A DNA stretch of 32,000 nucleotides from Parvicella tangerina. Lineage in GTDB: Bacteria > Bacteroidota > Bacteroidia > Flavobacteriales_D > Parvicellaceae. The DNA lies in NCBI RefSeq assembly GCF_907165195.1, contig NZ_OU015584.1:2458978-2490977 (forward strand). Reading direction: 5' to 3'. The notes beneath the pieces were generated by a model. The model had not been told where the DNA came from. It made no database searches and saw only the letters and a list, made by a program, of their open reading frames with translations. Numbering within the stretch: position 1 is the first letter of the stretch; each line of letters starts with the position of its first letter. Of this stretch, positions 1 to 8,804 are shown one piece after another. Both the position numbers and the translations under genes were made by a program.

Positions 1-1256
1 AAATCTCCTAAGCGCAAAAATAGATCATCTGTTTTCTTGACCAAAACCTCATTATCTACATCAGGAGAGTCGAACTCGGTTCTTCCGATGAAGAAATCAC
101 CTTCTACCCGATCAAATAGTACTTTATAAGTTTCTCCTATTTTCTTCTGATTCAAATCGTAAGAAATACCCGATTGCAAGTCCATGATCTCTTCTGCGCG
201 TTCATGCTTTACCTCGGGAGGAACATCATCCTCAAAATTATACGCATGCGTATTCTCTTCATGCGAGTACGGGAAGACGCCCAGGCGATCAAATCGCATT
301 TCTTCCACCCAATCGTACATTTCTTGAAAGTCGGCTTCCGTTTCGCCTGGATAGCCCACAATCAATGTTGTGCGAATCGCAATATTGGGCACCTTTTCTC
401 GAATTTCACGAACCAACTTTGTCGTTTTCTCACGATCAATTCCTCTTCGCATTGCTTTGAGCATTCTAGAAGAACCATGTTGTAACGGCATATCCAGGTA
501 AAGACAAACCTTGTCATTATCCCTGATCTCATCCAACACATCCATTGGAAACCCGCTTGGATAAGCATAATGCAACCTGATCCATTCGATTCCTTCCACC
601 TTTGAAAGCTCGTTGATCAACTTAGCAAGTTCTCTTTTCTTATAGAGATCTAAACCATAATAAGTCAAATCCTGCGCGATCAAGATCAGCTCCTTTACTC
701 CTTTAGCTGCTAATTTCTTCGCCCCTTCCACCAACTCTTCAATTGGTGTGGACTTATGCTTACCTCTCATCAAGGGAATCGCACAAAACGAACAAGGACG
801 ATCACAACCTTCGGCAATTTTAAAGTATGCATAATGACTGGGTGTAGTTAATAATCGCTCACCGACCAACTCTTTCTTATAGTCTGCTTTAAGTGTTTTC
901 AGCAGTTTCGGCAAATCCTTTGTTCCGAAGTAAGCGTCTACCTCAGGGATCTCATTTTCCAGATCATCTTTGTAACGTTCACTCAGGCACCCCGTTACAT
1001 ATACCTTCTCAACCTGTCCTTCTTTTTTCGCTTCTGCGTATCTTAAAATTGTCTCAATCGACTCTTCTTTTGCATTATCAATAAAGCCACAAGTGTTGAT
1101 GATCACAATTTCTGAATCATCCTGTTGAGCTTCATGTTCCACTTCAAACTTATTCGCTTTTAACTGAGCCATCATCACTTCAGAATCGAAGATGTTTTTG
1201 GCACAGCCCAGCGTTACCACGTTGACCTTATTTTTTTTGAGTGTTTTCGTTTTCAT
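1..1256 (-). CDS. rimO: Ribosomal protein S12 methylthiotransferase RimO (radical-SAM MTTase); C-terminal ~20 aa cut by window edge
   Basis: Absent from the ORF track because it runs off the window. Hand translation from ATG 1256..1254 gives MKTKTLKKNKVNVVTLGCAKNIFDSEVMM (MTTase N-domain). The radical-SAM CxxxCxxC reads as EGCDRPCSFCA at ~781..812. The frame stays open to nt 3 and ends ...DVDNEVLVKKTDDLFLRLGD (TRAM-like tail). The start overlaps the ftsY stop (TAATG). Confidence 0.85.
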   Translation of the reverse strand, partial: MKTKTLKKNKVNVVTLGCAKNIFDSEVMMAQLKANKFEVEHEAQQDDSEIVIINTCGFIDNAKEESIETILRYAEAKKEGQVEKVYVTGCLSERYKDDLENEIPEVDAYFGTKDLPKLLKTLKADYKKELVGERLLTTPSHYAYFKIAEGCDRPCSFCAIPLMRGKHKSTPIEELVEGAKKLAAKGVKELILIAQDLTYYGLDLYKKRELAKLINELSKVEGIEWIRLHYAYPSGFPMDVLDEIRDNDKVCLYLDMPLQHGSSRMLKAMRRGIDREKTTKLVREIREKVPNIAIRTTLIVGYPGETEADFQEMYDWVEEMRFDRLGVFPYSHEENTHAYNFEDDVPPEVKHERAEEIMDLQSGISYDLNQKKIGETYKVLFDRVEGDFFIGRTEFDSPDVDNEVLVKKTDDLFLRLGD

Positions 1257-2224
1257 TACTCTAGACTCGATCCTTTAAACAAAGAATCTACAAACTCTGT
1301 TTTATTGAAAACTTGCAAGTGTTCAATCCCTTCACCTACACCAATATATTTCACCGGAATTTTAAATTGATCACAAATTCCTATTACGACTCCTCCTTTT
1401 GCTGTACCATCTAATTTTGTTAGCGCCATGCTAGTTACCTCCGTAGCCTTTGTAAATTGCTTAGCCTGTTCAATTGCATTTTGACCCGTACTTCCATCTA
1501 ACACCAACATCACATCGTGAGGAGCATCCGGCACAACTTTTTTCATCACATTTTTGATCTTCGTCAACTCGTTCATCAAGTTGATCTTATTATGTAATCT
1601 ACCAGCTGTATCTACAATCACCACATCAGCACCTTGAGCTTTTGCACTTTGCAAGGTATCAAATGCAACAGAAGCTGGGTCTGCCCCCATTCCTTGCTGA
1701 ACAATAGGCACATCTACCCGTTCTGCCCAGATTTTTAATTGATCAACCGCTGCAGCTCGGAACGTATCAGAAGCTCCCAATACTACTTTCAATCCTTTCT
1801 TTTTAAACTGATGAGCTAGCTTACCAATGGTCGTTGTTTTCCCAACTCCATTTACACCAACTACCATGAGTACAAATGGACCATTCTCTACTTTGGGAAT
1901 CTCAAAATCTACTGCATCCTCATTATTTGACTCCTCTAAAAGCGCTGTAATCTCTTCTTTCAGAATACCATTGAGTTCCTTCGTGCTGACATATTTATCT
2001 CGAGCAACTCGCTCTTCGATGCGGTCAATGATCTTCAGTGTAGTTTCAACACTTACATCAGAAGAAACGAGTATTTCTTCCAGATCATCAAGGACTTCAT
2101 CATCTACTTTTGATTTTCCAGCAATAGAGGACGCAATCTTTCCGAAGAAATTCTTTTTGGTCTTCTCTAAACCCTGATCAAGATCTTCTTTTTTCTCCCG
2201 GGTAAAAAAACTTTTCCAGCTCAT
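1256..2224 (-). CDS. ftsY: Signal recognition particle receptor FtsY
   Basis: 322 aa. SRP-GTPase NG domain motifs: GVNGVGKTTTIGKLA (G1), DTAGR (G3), TKLDG (G4). Short acidic N-terminus typical of Bacteroidota FtsY. Confidence 0.92.
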   Translation of the reverse strand: MSWKSFFTREKKEDLDQGLEKTKKNFFGKIASSIAGKSKVDDEVLDDLEEILVSSDVSVETTLKIIDRIEERVARDKYVSTKELNGILKEEITALLEESNNEDAVDFEIPKVENGPFVLMVVGVNGVGKTTTIGKLAHQFKKKGLKVVLGASDTFRAAAVDQLKIWAERVDVPIVQQGMGADPASVAFDTLQSAKAQGADVVIVDTAGRLHNKINLMNELTKIKNVMKKVVPDAPHDVMLVLDGSTGQNAIEQAKQFTKATEVTSMALTKLDGTAKGGVVIGICDQFKIPVKYIGVGEGIEHLQVFNKTEFVDSLFKGSSLE

Positions 2225-2247
2225 AATAAATGGCAGTTTATTTAACG

Positions 2248-2282
2248 AACAAAAGCTCTTCCCCGAAGTTCGGAGAAAAGCT
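2248..2282 (-). terminator. Hairpin plus U-rich tail between DUF4295 gene and ftsY (terminator or attenuator)
   Basis: On the minus-strand RNA, AGCUUUUCUCCG / CGGGGAAGAGCU forms a 12-bp stem including two G-U pairs. The loop is ~4 nt and is followed by UUUGUUCGUU. The U-tract is only moderate. Confidence 0.4.
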
Positions 2283-2312
2283 TTTAATATCTACTAAGGA
2301 TTGGTACAACAA

Positions 2313-2468
2313 TTAGTTGTTTGCCAACCACTCTTTTACTTTATCATTTGTAACGATCTCCTCTTTAAAAGCATACGCTCCTGTTTTTGGAGATTTTACC
2401 ATTTTAATCACTTTCGTGTGGTTCTTACCACCACCTTTCTGTAACGATGCTACTACTTTCTTTGCCAT
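2313..2468 (-). CDS. Small basic DUF4295-family protein (51 aa), co-located with ribosomal protein L33
   Basis: Below the ORF-track size cut-off. Hand translation: MAKKVVASLQKGGGKNHTKVIKMVKSPKTGAYAFKEEIVTNDKVKEWLANN*. It starts 32 nt downstream of rpmG on the same strand. Sequence and position match my memory of the Bacteroidota DUF4295 gene that follows rpmB-rpmG. Confidence 0.7.
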   Translation of the reverse strand: MAKKVVASLQKGGGKNHTKVIKMVKSPKTGAYAFKEEIVTNDKVKEWLANN

Positions 2469-2500
2469 CTCTAATTTGTTTTAGAATTGGAAGAATCCAA

Positions 2501-2686
2501 TTATTTAATTTCTTTATGAACCGTATACTTCTTCAAGATCGGGTTGTACTTTCTCAACTCCATTCTATCAGGTGTATTCTTTCTGTTCTTAGTTGTAATA
2601 TATCTAGAAGTCCCTGGCATACCTGACTCCTTGTGTTCAGTACATTCAAGAATTACCTGAATTCTGCTTCCTTTACTCTTTGCCAT
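2501..2686 (-). CDS. rpmG: 50S ribosomal protein L33
   Basis: 61 aa: [61 protein letters not shown]. Canonical L33 length and sequence pattern. Confidence 0.93.
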   Translation of the reverse strand: MAKSKGSRIQVILECTEHKESGMPGTSRYITTKNRKNTPDRMELRKYNPILKKYTVHKEIK

Positions 2687-2715
2687 TATTTCCTGTTTTT
2701 CTTATTAAGGGGTTG

Positions 2716-2723
2716 CAAAGATA
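2716..2723 (-). promoter_or_regulatory. Candidate Bacteroidota -7 promoter box (TATCTTTG) for rpmG
   Basis: Plus strand reads caaagata, so the minus strand reads TATCTTTG and matches TAnnTTTG. 29 nt lie between the box and the rpmG ATG. Confidence 0.35.
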
Positions 2724-2738
2724 TTACTTTTTTCATTA

Positions 2739-4388
2739 TTACCAACTATTCCATCGAATAACACGAACTTTTTTATACAACATTCCCGCCTCTGTCTCCA
2801 TCTCCAGTAAATAAACGCCATCTGCTACATCTGTTATGTCTAAAATATGCTGATCTGACATGATAACCGTCTTAACTACTTTACCCGATAAAGCGATTAC
2901 ATCTACTGTTTTAATTCGCGAAGTTGATTTCACATGAAAATACCCATTAGAAGGGTTCGGATAAAGATCTACTTCATTCGATTGAAGGCTCTCAACACCT
3001 AGACAATTATCGACTGTTATCAACACCGTGTCAGCCCCCGAACAGTTTCCTTGCGTTGCCGTAAGAATGATTTCTTCAGAACCTGGGCTAATAAATGGCC
3101 CCACCTGTATCGTTTCTGTAGTCTGTCCTGTATTCCAGTTATAGCCATCATAGACGCCTGCAGTTAACACCACCTCTTGATTTAAACACAAGGTAGTATC
3201 GCCTCCAAGATTGACCAATAAATCCCCAATAGAAAGCGTCATGGTGTCTGAAGAAAAACATCCATTAAGTTCATAATCTACGTAATAAGTATAGTCTCCA
3301 TTTGACATACCACTTGTTTCGATGAGCAGTGAGTCATTTGATGAAAGATCATTCCACAAGTAGCTATCGTACCCTTGATCAGCAACAAAATAAACTGAAT
3401 CTCCACTGCAGCTTGATTGATCCGCTATATCAAAGTATGGATCTACCACTTCTACAACTCTTGAACAGGTAGAGTCAAACGAGGTTGTCCCCCATGACGA
3501 AACTGTGGCACTAAACATATGTTCAACCCCTTTGAAACCGCCACCTGTATACAGATGAAATGTATCTGATGTTAGGCCTGTCATATCTCCATAATCAAAT
3601 TGATGCGAGACAGAATAGCCATTATAGGTAGCATAGTTAGGGTTATAGAATTTGTTGTGCATTAAAGAATCATCCAGATGGTATTCAAACGCTAATCTGA
3701 ACGTATCACCTAAACATACGGTAGTATCATAAGTCACCATACTTTGTGAGCGATAGCTTACAACTGGCCTGATAATCAAATCAAAATCCCAACCTGCGCC
3801 AAACGAAAACATATCATACCAACCATCAAAAGAAGGATCAGAAACCCCTTTGTAATAAGTATATGACAGTCCCTCTCCAGCACCGTCTCCATCTGCACTT
3901 CTCGCAATATACATATCCGAAGAGGTGAAATTCTCAATACCTAAGAAATAGTCTCCCTCCCATTGCACAGGAGTAGTAAACATAGCGCATTGTAGTATAG
4001 AAGGATCATTCATTGCTCCAGTATAACCCGAACCAAAATAAGGAATCACATGTGTTGTTGCGGCAATCACGGCTCCAGGAGAGCCACTTGAACCATCATA
4101 CATTTTAACAGCAGCTGAGAAATTACTTCCAGAATCCATTACTCCGTAGAAGCAAACACCTTCAATATTCACCGTATCTGGGGCTTCAAACAACTGCGCG
4201 TAACCTGCATAACCGTAACCACCTCCTGCGTTGGTCTGATTGATACCAATTCCAGAATAGGAAGAAGTCTTTGCATCGATATAGGCAACCGTATCGTTAA
4301 ACCAAACTTCGTAGGTATCCGTAATTTGTGCCTGTGCTGTACCAATAGCACAAACTAAAAGAAGTGTTGATATTTTTTTCATAATCAT
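2739..4388 (-). CDS. Secreted protein with T9SS C-terminal sorting domain (function unknown)
   Basis: 549 aa. N-terminal signal peptide MIMKKISTLLLVCAIGTAQAQ. Two Cys-containing beta-sandwich-like modules (…CSGDSVYFVADQGYDSYLWN… and …CLNQEVVLTAGVYDGYNWNTG…). The C-terminus, LYPNPSNGYFHVKS…GVYLLEMETEAGMLYKKVRVI, is typical of a type-A Por/T9SS CTD. Confidence 0.7.
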   Translation of the reverse strand: MIMKKISTLLLVCAIGTAQAQITDTYEVWFNDTVAYIDAKTSSYSGIGINQTNAGGGYGYAGYAQLFEAPDTVNIEGVCFYGVMDSGSNFSAAVKMYDGSSGSPGAVIAATTHVIPYFGSGYTGAMNDPSILQCAMFTTPVQWEGDYFLGIENFTSSDMYIARSADGDGAGEGLSYTYYKGVSDPSFDGWYDMFSFGAGWDFDLIIRPVVSYRSQSMVTYDTTVCLGDTFRLAFEYHLDDSLMHNKFYNPNYATYNGYSVSHQFDYGDMTGLTSDTFHLYTGGGFKGVEHMFSATVSSWGTTSFDSTCSRVVEVVDPYFDIADQSSCSGDSVYFVADQGYDSYLWNDLSSNDSLLIETSGMSNGDYTYYVDYELNGCFSSDTMTLSIGDLLVNLGGDTTLCLNQEVVLTAGVYDGYNWNTGQTTETIQVGPFISPGSEEIILTATQGNCSGADTVLITVDNCLGVESLQSNEVDLYPNPSNGYFHVKSTSRIKTVDVIALSGKVVKTVIMSDQHILDITDVADGVYLLEMETEAGMLYKKVRVIRWNSW

Positions 4389-4434
4389 CTAACCTTTGTA
4401 TAAAGGTAAGAAGATTCGTCAGTCAAAAAACAGA

Positions 4435-5871
4435 TTATGGACTAATAAAGCTTTTTTGACTCATTAACTGTTCAATTTCAGGGATAGTTCTAGGTATACA
4501 AGCTGATAAATTCTCTGGTCCATCTTTGGTAATCAGAATATCATCTTCAATTCGCACTCCAATGTTCCACCACTTTTCATCGCATGGGGAATTCTCAGGA
4601 ATATAAATCCCAGGCTCAACGGTGATGACCGAATTCTCTTTGAGCTTACCATAAGTACCTGTGTCGTGCACATCAAGACCAAGATAATGGGATGTTCCGT
4701 GCATAAAATATCTTTTCAACTCAGCAGGCGACTGAATTATTCCTAACTCCATGAGTCCTTGAGACAATACAGTAGTTGCAGCAATATTCGGTGCCCAAAA
4801 ATTATTACCGACTTCAGCCTCTTTGATACCAGCTTCTTGAGCTGCCAGTACAAGGTTATATATCGCAGCCTCTTCTATGCTAAACTTTCCATCCACTGGC
4901 ATTGTGCGGGTTACATCAGCCGTATAACCATGGTATTCTGCACCAACATCAGACACTAATAAGTTAGCACCAATCATTGCTTTTCGGTTGGTTTGATAAT
5001 GCAGCACACAAGAGTTCATTCCACTCCCCTGAATACTTGGAAAACCTGGATATTCAGCTCCATTCAATTTAAAGATGAACTCTACAATGGCTTCACTTTG
5101 ATATTCTTTCATACCTGGCTCTAGTGACTTCAACAGTTCTATCTGAGCCTGACAGGTAATATCAATAGCCCTTCTCATCAGCGCAATCTCCTCTTTCGTT
5201 TTCACCTCTCTCAATTTTGCCATATAAACAGCAAACTCCCCACGCTTGATCACATGATCATCCGCTTTGAAAAGGTGAGCCTCAAACTGTTGTCTAAGAT
5301 TATACATGTCCTCTTTATCAAATGGGTTGTCTTTCAGAGACTCGGTAGGCAAGGAATAAGTAATGAACTCAAAATCATTTAAGTGAAGGTCAATTTTCTT
5401 AAACGCCTTGTTTGACATCACTTTTTGTAATCCCATTTTCTCTACCCCTTCTACTCCTAGTCGAGGTCCATTCCAAACCTCCTTGCTTTCATCTCGCTCT
5501 TGTACGAAGATCACCTCATTGGTTTTTTCACCATCTATTTCCTGAGGCTCAGAAAAAACAAGCAAAATACTATTCGGCTCTGTCAAACCTGTTAAATAGT
5601 AGAAGTTCGGATCTTGATGATATTCATAGTCTACATCATTCGACCGATTTCTGACAGGATTAGAAAAAAAGATGGCTACGGAGTTTTCAGGCATCATTTC
5701 TCTAAGGGCCTTTCTCCTTCCTTCATGAAAAGACGCTGGTAACAAGTCCTGATCATAATCCTCAGTTTGTAAGTTTTTGGGCTGAGACTGCTCAATACCC
5801 TGACCAAATGCGATCGAGACAGCAACAACAAACAACAACAGAGCAATTCCTTTCATCCTAAGTTTAATCAT
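4435..5871 (-). CDS. Secreted Xaa-Pro aminopeptidase (aminopeptidase P, M24B family)
   Basis: 478 aa. Signal peptide (…VSIAFGQ), AMP_N-like N-domain, and M24 metal-ligand motifs HGTSHYLGLDVHD, VITVEPGIYIP, GVRIEDDILIT. Confidence 0.85.
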   Translation of the reverse strand: MIKLRMKGIALLLFVVAVSIAFGQGIEQSQPKNLQTEDYDQDLLPASFHEGRRKALREMMPENSVAIFFSNPVRNRSNDVDYEYHQDPNFYYLTGLTEPNSILLVFSEPQEIDGEKTNEVIFVQERDESKEVWNGPRLGVEGVEKMGLQKVMSNKAFKKIDLHLNDFEFITYSLPTESLKDNPFDKEDMYNLRQQFEAHLFKADDHVIKRGEFAVYMAKLREVKTKEEIALMRRAIDITCQAQIELLKSLEPGMKEYQSEAIVEFIFKLNGAEYPGFPSIQGSGMNSCVLHYQTNRKAMIGANLLVSDVGAEYHGYTADVTRTMPVDGKFSIEEAAIYNLVLAAQEAGIKEAEVGNNFWAPNIAATTVLSQGLMELGIIQSPAELKRYFMHGTSHYLGLDVHDTGTYGKLKENSVITVEPGIYIPENSPCDEKWWNIGVRIEDDILITKDGPENLSACIPRTIPEIEQLMSQKSFISP

Positions 5872-5905
5872 AAAAAAATCCTGACGCTTCTGGGAAGGTC
5901 AGGAT
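5872..5905 (-). terminator. Rho-independent terminator after rpmB
   Basis: Minus-strand RNA: AUCCUGAC-CUUCCCAGAAGC-GUCAGGAU. This is an 8-bp stem with extra internal pairing, followed by a run of 6-7 U. Confidence 0.6.
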
Positions 5906-5936
5906 CAAATGTATCAAATATTGTGCAATTAAGGAA

Positions 5937-6158
5937 TTAAGCCTTAAGATCTTTCAATACCGCTGAAATTCCTTTCTTGTTGATGATTCTCAAACCAGCT
6001 GCTGAAACTTTAAGCGTTACGTACTCTCCTGTTTCAGGAACGAAAAATCTTTTCGTTAATAAGTTTGGGTGAAACTTTCTCTTCGTCTTTCTGTTTGAGT
6101 GAGAAACGTGGTTCCCTGTAATTACTTTTTTTCCTGTTACTTGACAAACTCTAGCCAT
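5937..6158 (-). CDS. rpmB: 50S ribosomal protein L28
   Basis: 73 aa: [33 protein letters not shown]… Canonical L28 N-terminus. Confidence 0.93.
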   Translation of the reverse strand: MARVCQVTGKKVITGNHVSHSNRKTKRKFHPNLLTKRFFVPETGEYVTLKVSAAGLRIINKKGISAVLKDLKA

Positions 6159-6288
6159 TTCAAATATATCTTAAGTGTGTTAATTCTATCTCTCCCCAAA
6201 TTTGGGACGGCAAAGAAACTAATTATTTTTTAATAAACCAAAGGTATTAATGCAAAAATACAGTTTTTATTTTACCTATATTTACCAA

Positions 6289-6843
6289 ATGATCAGGAAG
6301 ATAGGATATTTACTTTTTGCGATTTCTGTTATTTCTTGTGGAAAGTCGAAAAACTCGAAAGACCCCGATAACGAAACATTGACTGAAGGTTCAAGTCACG
6401 CTCATTCATCTGTTAAGGAGTTTGCATTGGTAGAACCCATCAAGAAGGCGATTTACTACATGAACGAGGTAGATATTGCCACCTACGATAGTATTGCCAC
6501 ACAGTATTTTCACGAAGTGCTAGACTATACAGACAGCGCTGCCATTTCTATAGAACTGAAAATTCATCAACTGGAGAACGTCATTGTTTCAGACACCTCC
6601 TCTGAGGTTGAGAAAAAATCTGCAGCGGATAAAATCTCTGAGCTTTCTCTTGATCTCATCAAGTATGAAAAATCAGTAACTGGGTACGTTTTTGTTCATA
6701 CCTTTTTGAATAAAGGAGATACATTGAGCGCCATCATTATTACCAATGCTGACATGACGAAAGGAAGTGCTATTCCAGTGAGCAAAGTAAGCGATATCGA
6801 GCCAAGTGCTTTTGCCGATGACATCCGAAAAATTGAGCAATAA
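6289..6843 (+). CDS. Hypothetical lipoprotein
   Basis: The ORF-track ORF starts at 6250. The internal ATG at 6289 gives MIRKIGYLLFAISVISCGKSKNS, a clean lipoprotein signal with a Cys. The rest is helical and acidic, with no motif I recognise. Confidence 0.5.
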   Translation: MIRKIGYLLFAISVISCGKSKNSKDPDNETLTEGSSHAHSSVKEFALVEPIKKAIYYMNEVDIATYDSIATQYFHEVLDYTDSAAISIELKIHQLENVIVSDTSSEVEKKSAADKISELSLDLIKYEKSVTGYVFVHTFLNKGDTLSAIIITNADMTKGSAIPVSKVSDIEPSAFADDIRKIEQ

Positions 6844-6846
6844 AAA

Positions 6847-6870
6847 ATCCCAATCAAAATTGATCGGGAT
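6847..6870 (-). terminator. Terminator hairpin serving the minus-strand COG1579 gene
   Basis: Minus-strand RNA AUCCCGAUCA-AUUU-UGAUUGGGAU is a 10-bp stem with one G-U pair, followed by UUUUUU. On the plus strand the same position is a C-A mismatch and no U-tract follows. Confidence 0.5.
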
Positions 6871-6894
6871 TTAGTCTAATTATGTTCAGTTGAA

Positions 6895-7683
6895 TTACTT
6901 TACAAGTTTCTCAATTTCCTTCATCATTTTTTCTTGCTCCTCATCTGCCAACTCAGCATCAACAAGAATTCTTCCACTATGCTCATCAAAAATCACCTTC
7001 TTACGAGCTGCGATATCTATCTGAACTTGCGGTGGGATTTGAATGAATGATCCCGCAGAAGCACCTCTATCCACAGGAACTACAGCCAAGCCGTTCTTTG
7101 CCGCTTCACGAATTCTTTTATAAGCTCTCAACAACCTAGGATCAACATTCTCTGCTGTTTTCTCTGAAACCTCTAACAAAATATCTTCCTCTTTTCTGGT
7201 TTCAGAAGCGATAGACTCCAATTCAGCCTTCTTCTCATTCAACGTCTCCTTTTTCTCGTCAAGTCTTTCTTTGCTCTCATTGAAAACCTCTTCTTTGCTT
7301 TCAATTTTGAACTTAAACTCCTTGATTCTCTTCTCAGAAAGTTGAATCTCTAGGTTCTGAAACTCTATCTCTTTAGAAATCGCATCATACTCTCTGTTAT
7401 TTCTAACCTTATTTTGCTGCTCTTCATACTTTGAGATCAAGGACTTTGCTTCTTCAATCGTATTTTTCTTCTCAGCAATCTGACGTTTCAGATCATCAAT
7501 CTCCTCTGTAATTTTCTCTAATCTTAAATCCAACCCTGAGATCTCAGCTTCTAAATCCTCAACTTCCAAAGGTAATTCTCCTCTTACCTCTCTAATTCTG
7601 TCGATTCTAGAGTCAACGATCTGTAGATCATATAACAATCTCAATTTTTCTTCAGCTGTTGCTTCTTTCTTTCTTTTAGCCAT
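6895..7683 (-). CDS. COG1579/DUF164-like coiled-coil protein with a cysteine-less 'zinc-ribbon' C-terminus
   Basis: 262 aa with a long E/K-rich coiled coil. The C-terminus reads RGASAGSFIQIPPQVQIDIAARKKVIFDEHSGRILVD, which parallels the CxxC…CxxC ribbon of this family but carries S/S/D/S in place of Cys. It lies 9 nt downstream of the NIF3 gene, a conserved partner. Confidence 0.7.
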   Translation of the reverse strand: MAKRKKEATAEEKLRLLYDLQIVDSRIDRIREVRGELPLEVEDLEAEISGLDLRLEKITEEIDDLKRQIAEKKNTIEEAKSLISKYEEQQNKVRNNREYDAISKEIEFQNLEIQLSEKRIKEFKFKIESKEEVFNESKERLDEKKETLNEKKAELESIASETRKEEDILLEVSEKTAENVDPRLLRAYKRIREAAKNGLAVVPVDRGASAGSFIQIPPQVQIDIAARKKVIFDEHSGRILVDAELADEEQEKMMKEIEKLVK

Positions 7684-7692
7684 GTTGTTTAA

Positions 7693-8787
7693 TTACAAAT
7701 AATTAATTGGGTTTGTATTAACCTCAGTTAACAAGACCGCAAAAGTAGTAAATTTTTCTTTCAATCTATCAGCCAAGTAATTTATTGTTAATTGTTCACT
7801 CTCATAATGTCCTATATCAGCGATTATAATCTTGTTATCAGCATCAAAAAACTGATGATATTTAAAATCAGCTGTAACGAAGACATCTGCCCCACTTCGA
7901 ATGGCTGCATTGAGTAAAAAACTACCACTTCCGCCACAAATTGCCACCCTTTTAATTTTATCTCGGCATAAATTTGTATACCTAACCACACCTGCTTCCA
8001 TCATCCCTTTCATTGACTTCAACCAATCCAAGGCATCGACAGCATGCTCTAGCTCTCCAACCATTCCTGCACCTATTTCCTGATGAGAATTACTCAAGGG
8101 AATCACGTCATAAGCCATCTCTTCATAAGGGTGAGCTTCTTTTGCGGATGAGACACAGCTGCTAATCGCATAATTTGGCACCAATACCTCTATTTTATCC
8201 TCTTTTTCATGAGATCTCTCTCCTGATTTACCTGAATACGGATTTGCTTTCTCTGATGGTTTAAAAGTCCCCTCTCCCTCTGTCGAGTAACTACATTCTG
8301 AATATTCTGCAATTTCTCCTCCTCCTGCACTGAAAATAGCTTTCAAAACGTCTTCCTTATTTTCCTTCGGAACAAAAACCACTAACTTGCTCAACAGTCC
8401 CGATTTAGGAGATAGGACCTGCTGATTTTTTAATCCGAGTGCGTTCGCCCAAACCCCGTTTACTCCATACTTTACATTATCTAGATTGGTGTGGATCGCA
8501 TAAATAGCGATATCATGTTTAATTGCTTTGATCAGCGTTCTCTCGATGTAATTCTTTCCTGTTATTGTTTTTAACCCCGCAAAAACAATAGGGTGATGTG
8601 CTACGATTAAATTACAGCCTTTTTCTATGGCCTCTTCCACAACTGCCTCTGTACTATCCAAGCAAGTTATTACGCCATTACAATTAGCCTGATGATCACC
8701 TACAATCAAACCTGCATTATCATAAGACTCCTGCAAAGAAGGTGGTGCCAGTTGTTCCAGAAAGTTGATTACATCTTTAATTTTCAT
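7693..8787 (-). CDS. NIF3-family dinuclear metal-centre protein (YbgI/YqfO-like, with PII-like insert)
   Basis: 364 aa. Motifs N-terminal YDNAGL, IVAHHPIVF, C-terminal ADIGHYESE. The ~100-aa middle insertion matches the long NIF3 form. Confidence 0.85.
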   Translation of the reverse strand: MKIKDVINFLEQLAPPSLQESYDNAGLIVGDHQANCNGVITCLDSTEAVVEEAIEKGCNLIVAHHPIVFAGLKTITGKNYIERTLIKAIKHDIAIYAIHTNLDNVKYGVNGVWANALGLKNQQVLSPKSGLLSKLVVFVPKENKEDVLKAIFSAGGGEIAEYSECSYSTEGEGTFKPSEKANPYSGKSGERSHEKEDKIEVLVPNYAISSCVSSAKEAHPYEEMAYDVIPLSNSHQEIGAGMVGELEHAVDALDWLKSMKGMMEAGVVRYTNLCRDKIKRVAICGGSGSFLLNAAIRSGADVFVTADFKYHQFFDADNKIIIADIGHYESEQLTINYLADRLKEKFTTFAVLLTEVNTNPINYL

Positions 8788-8804
8788 AAGAACAAAAGTA
8801 CAGT

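Noticed and set aside
4389-4434. Near-palindrome cctttgtataaagg just upstream of the T9SS cargo gene start, considered as a possible operator.
   Set aside because: It is imperfect, short and AT-rich. No second copy occurs elsewhere in the window, so it is not distinguishable from chance.
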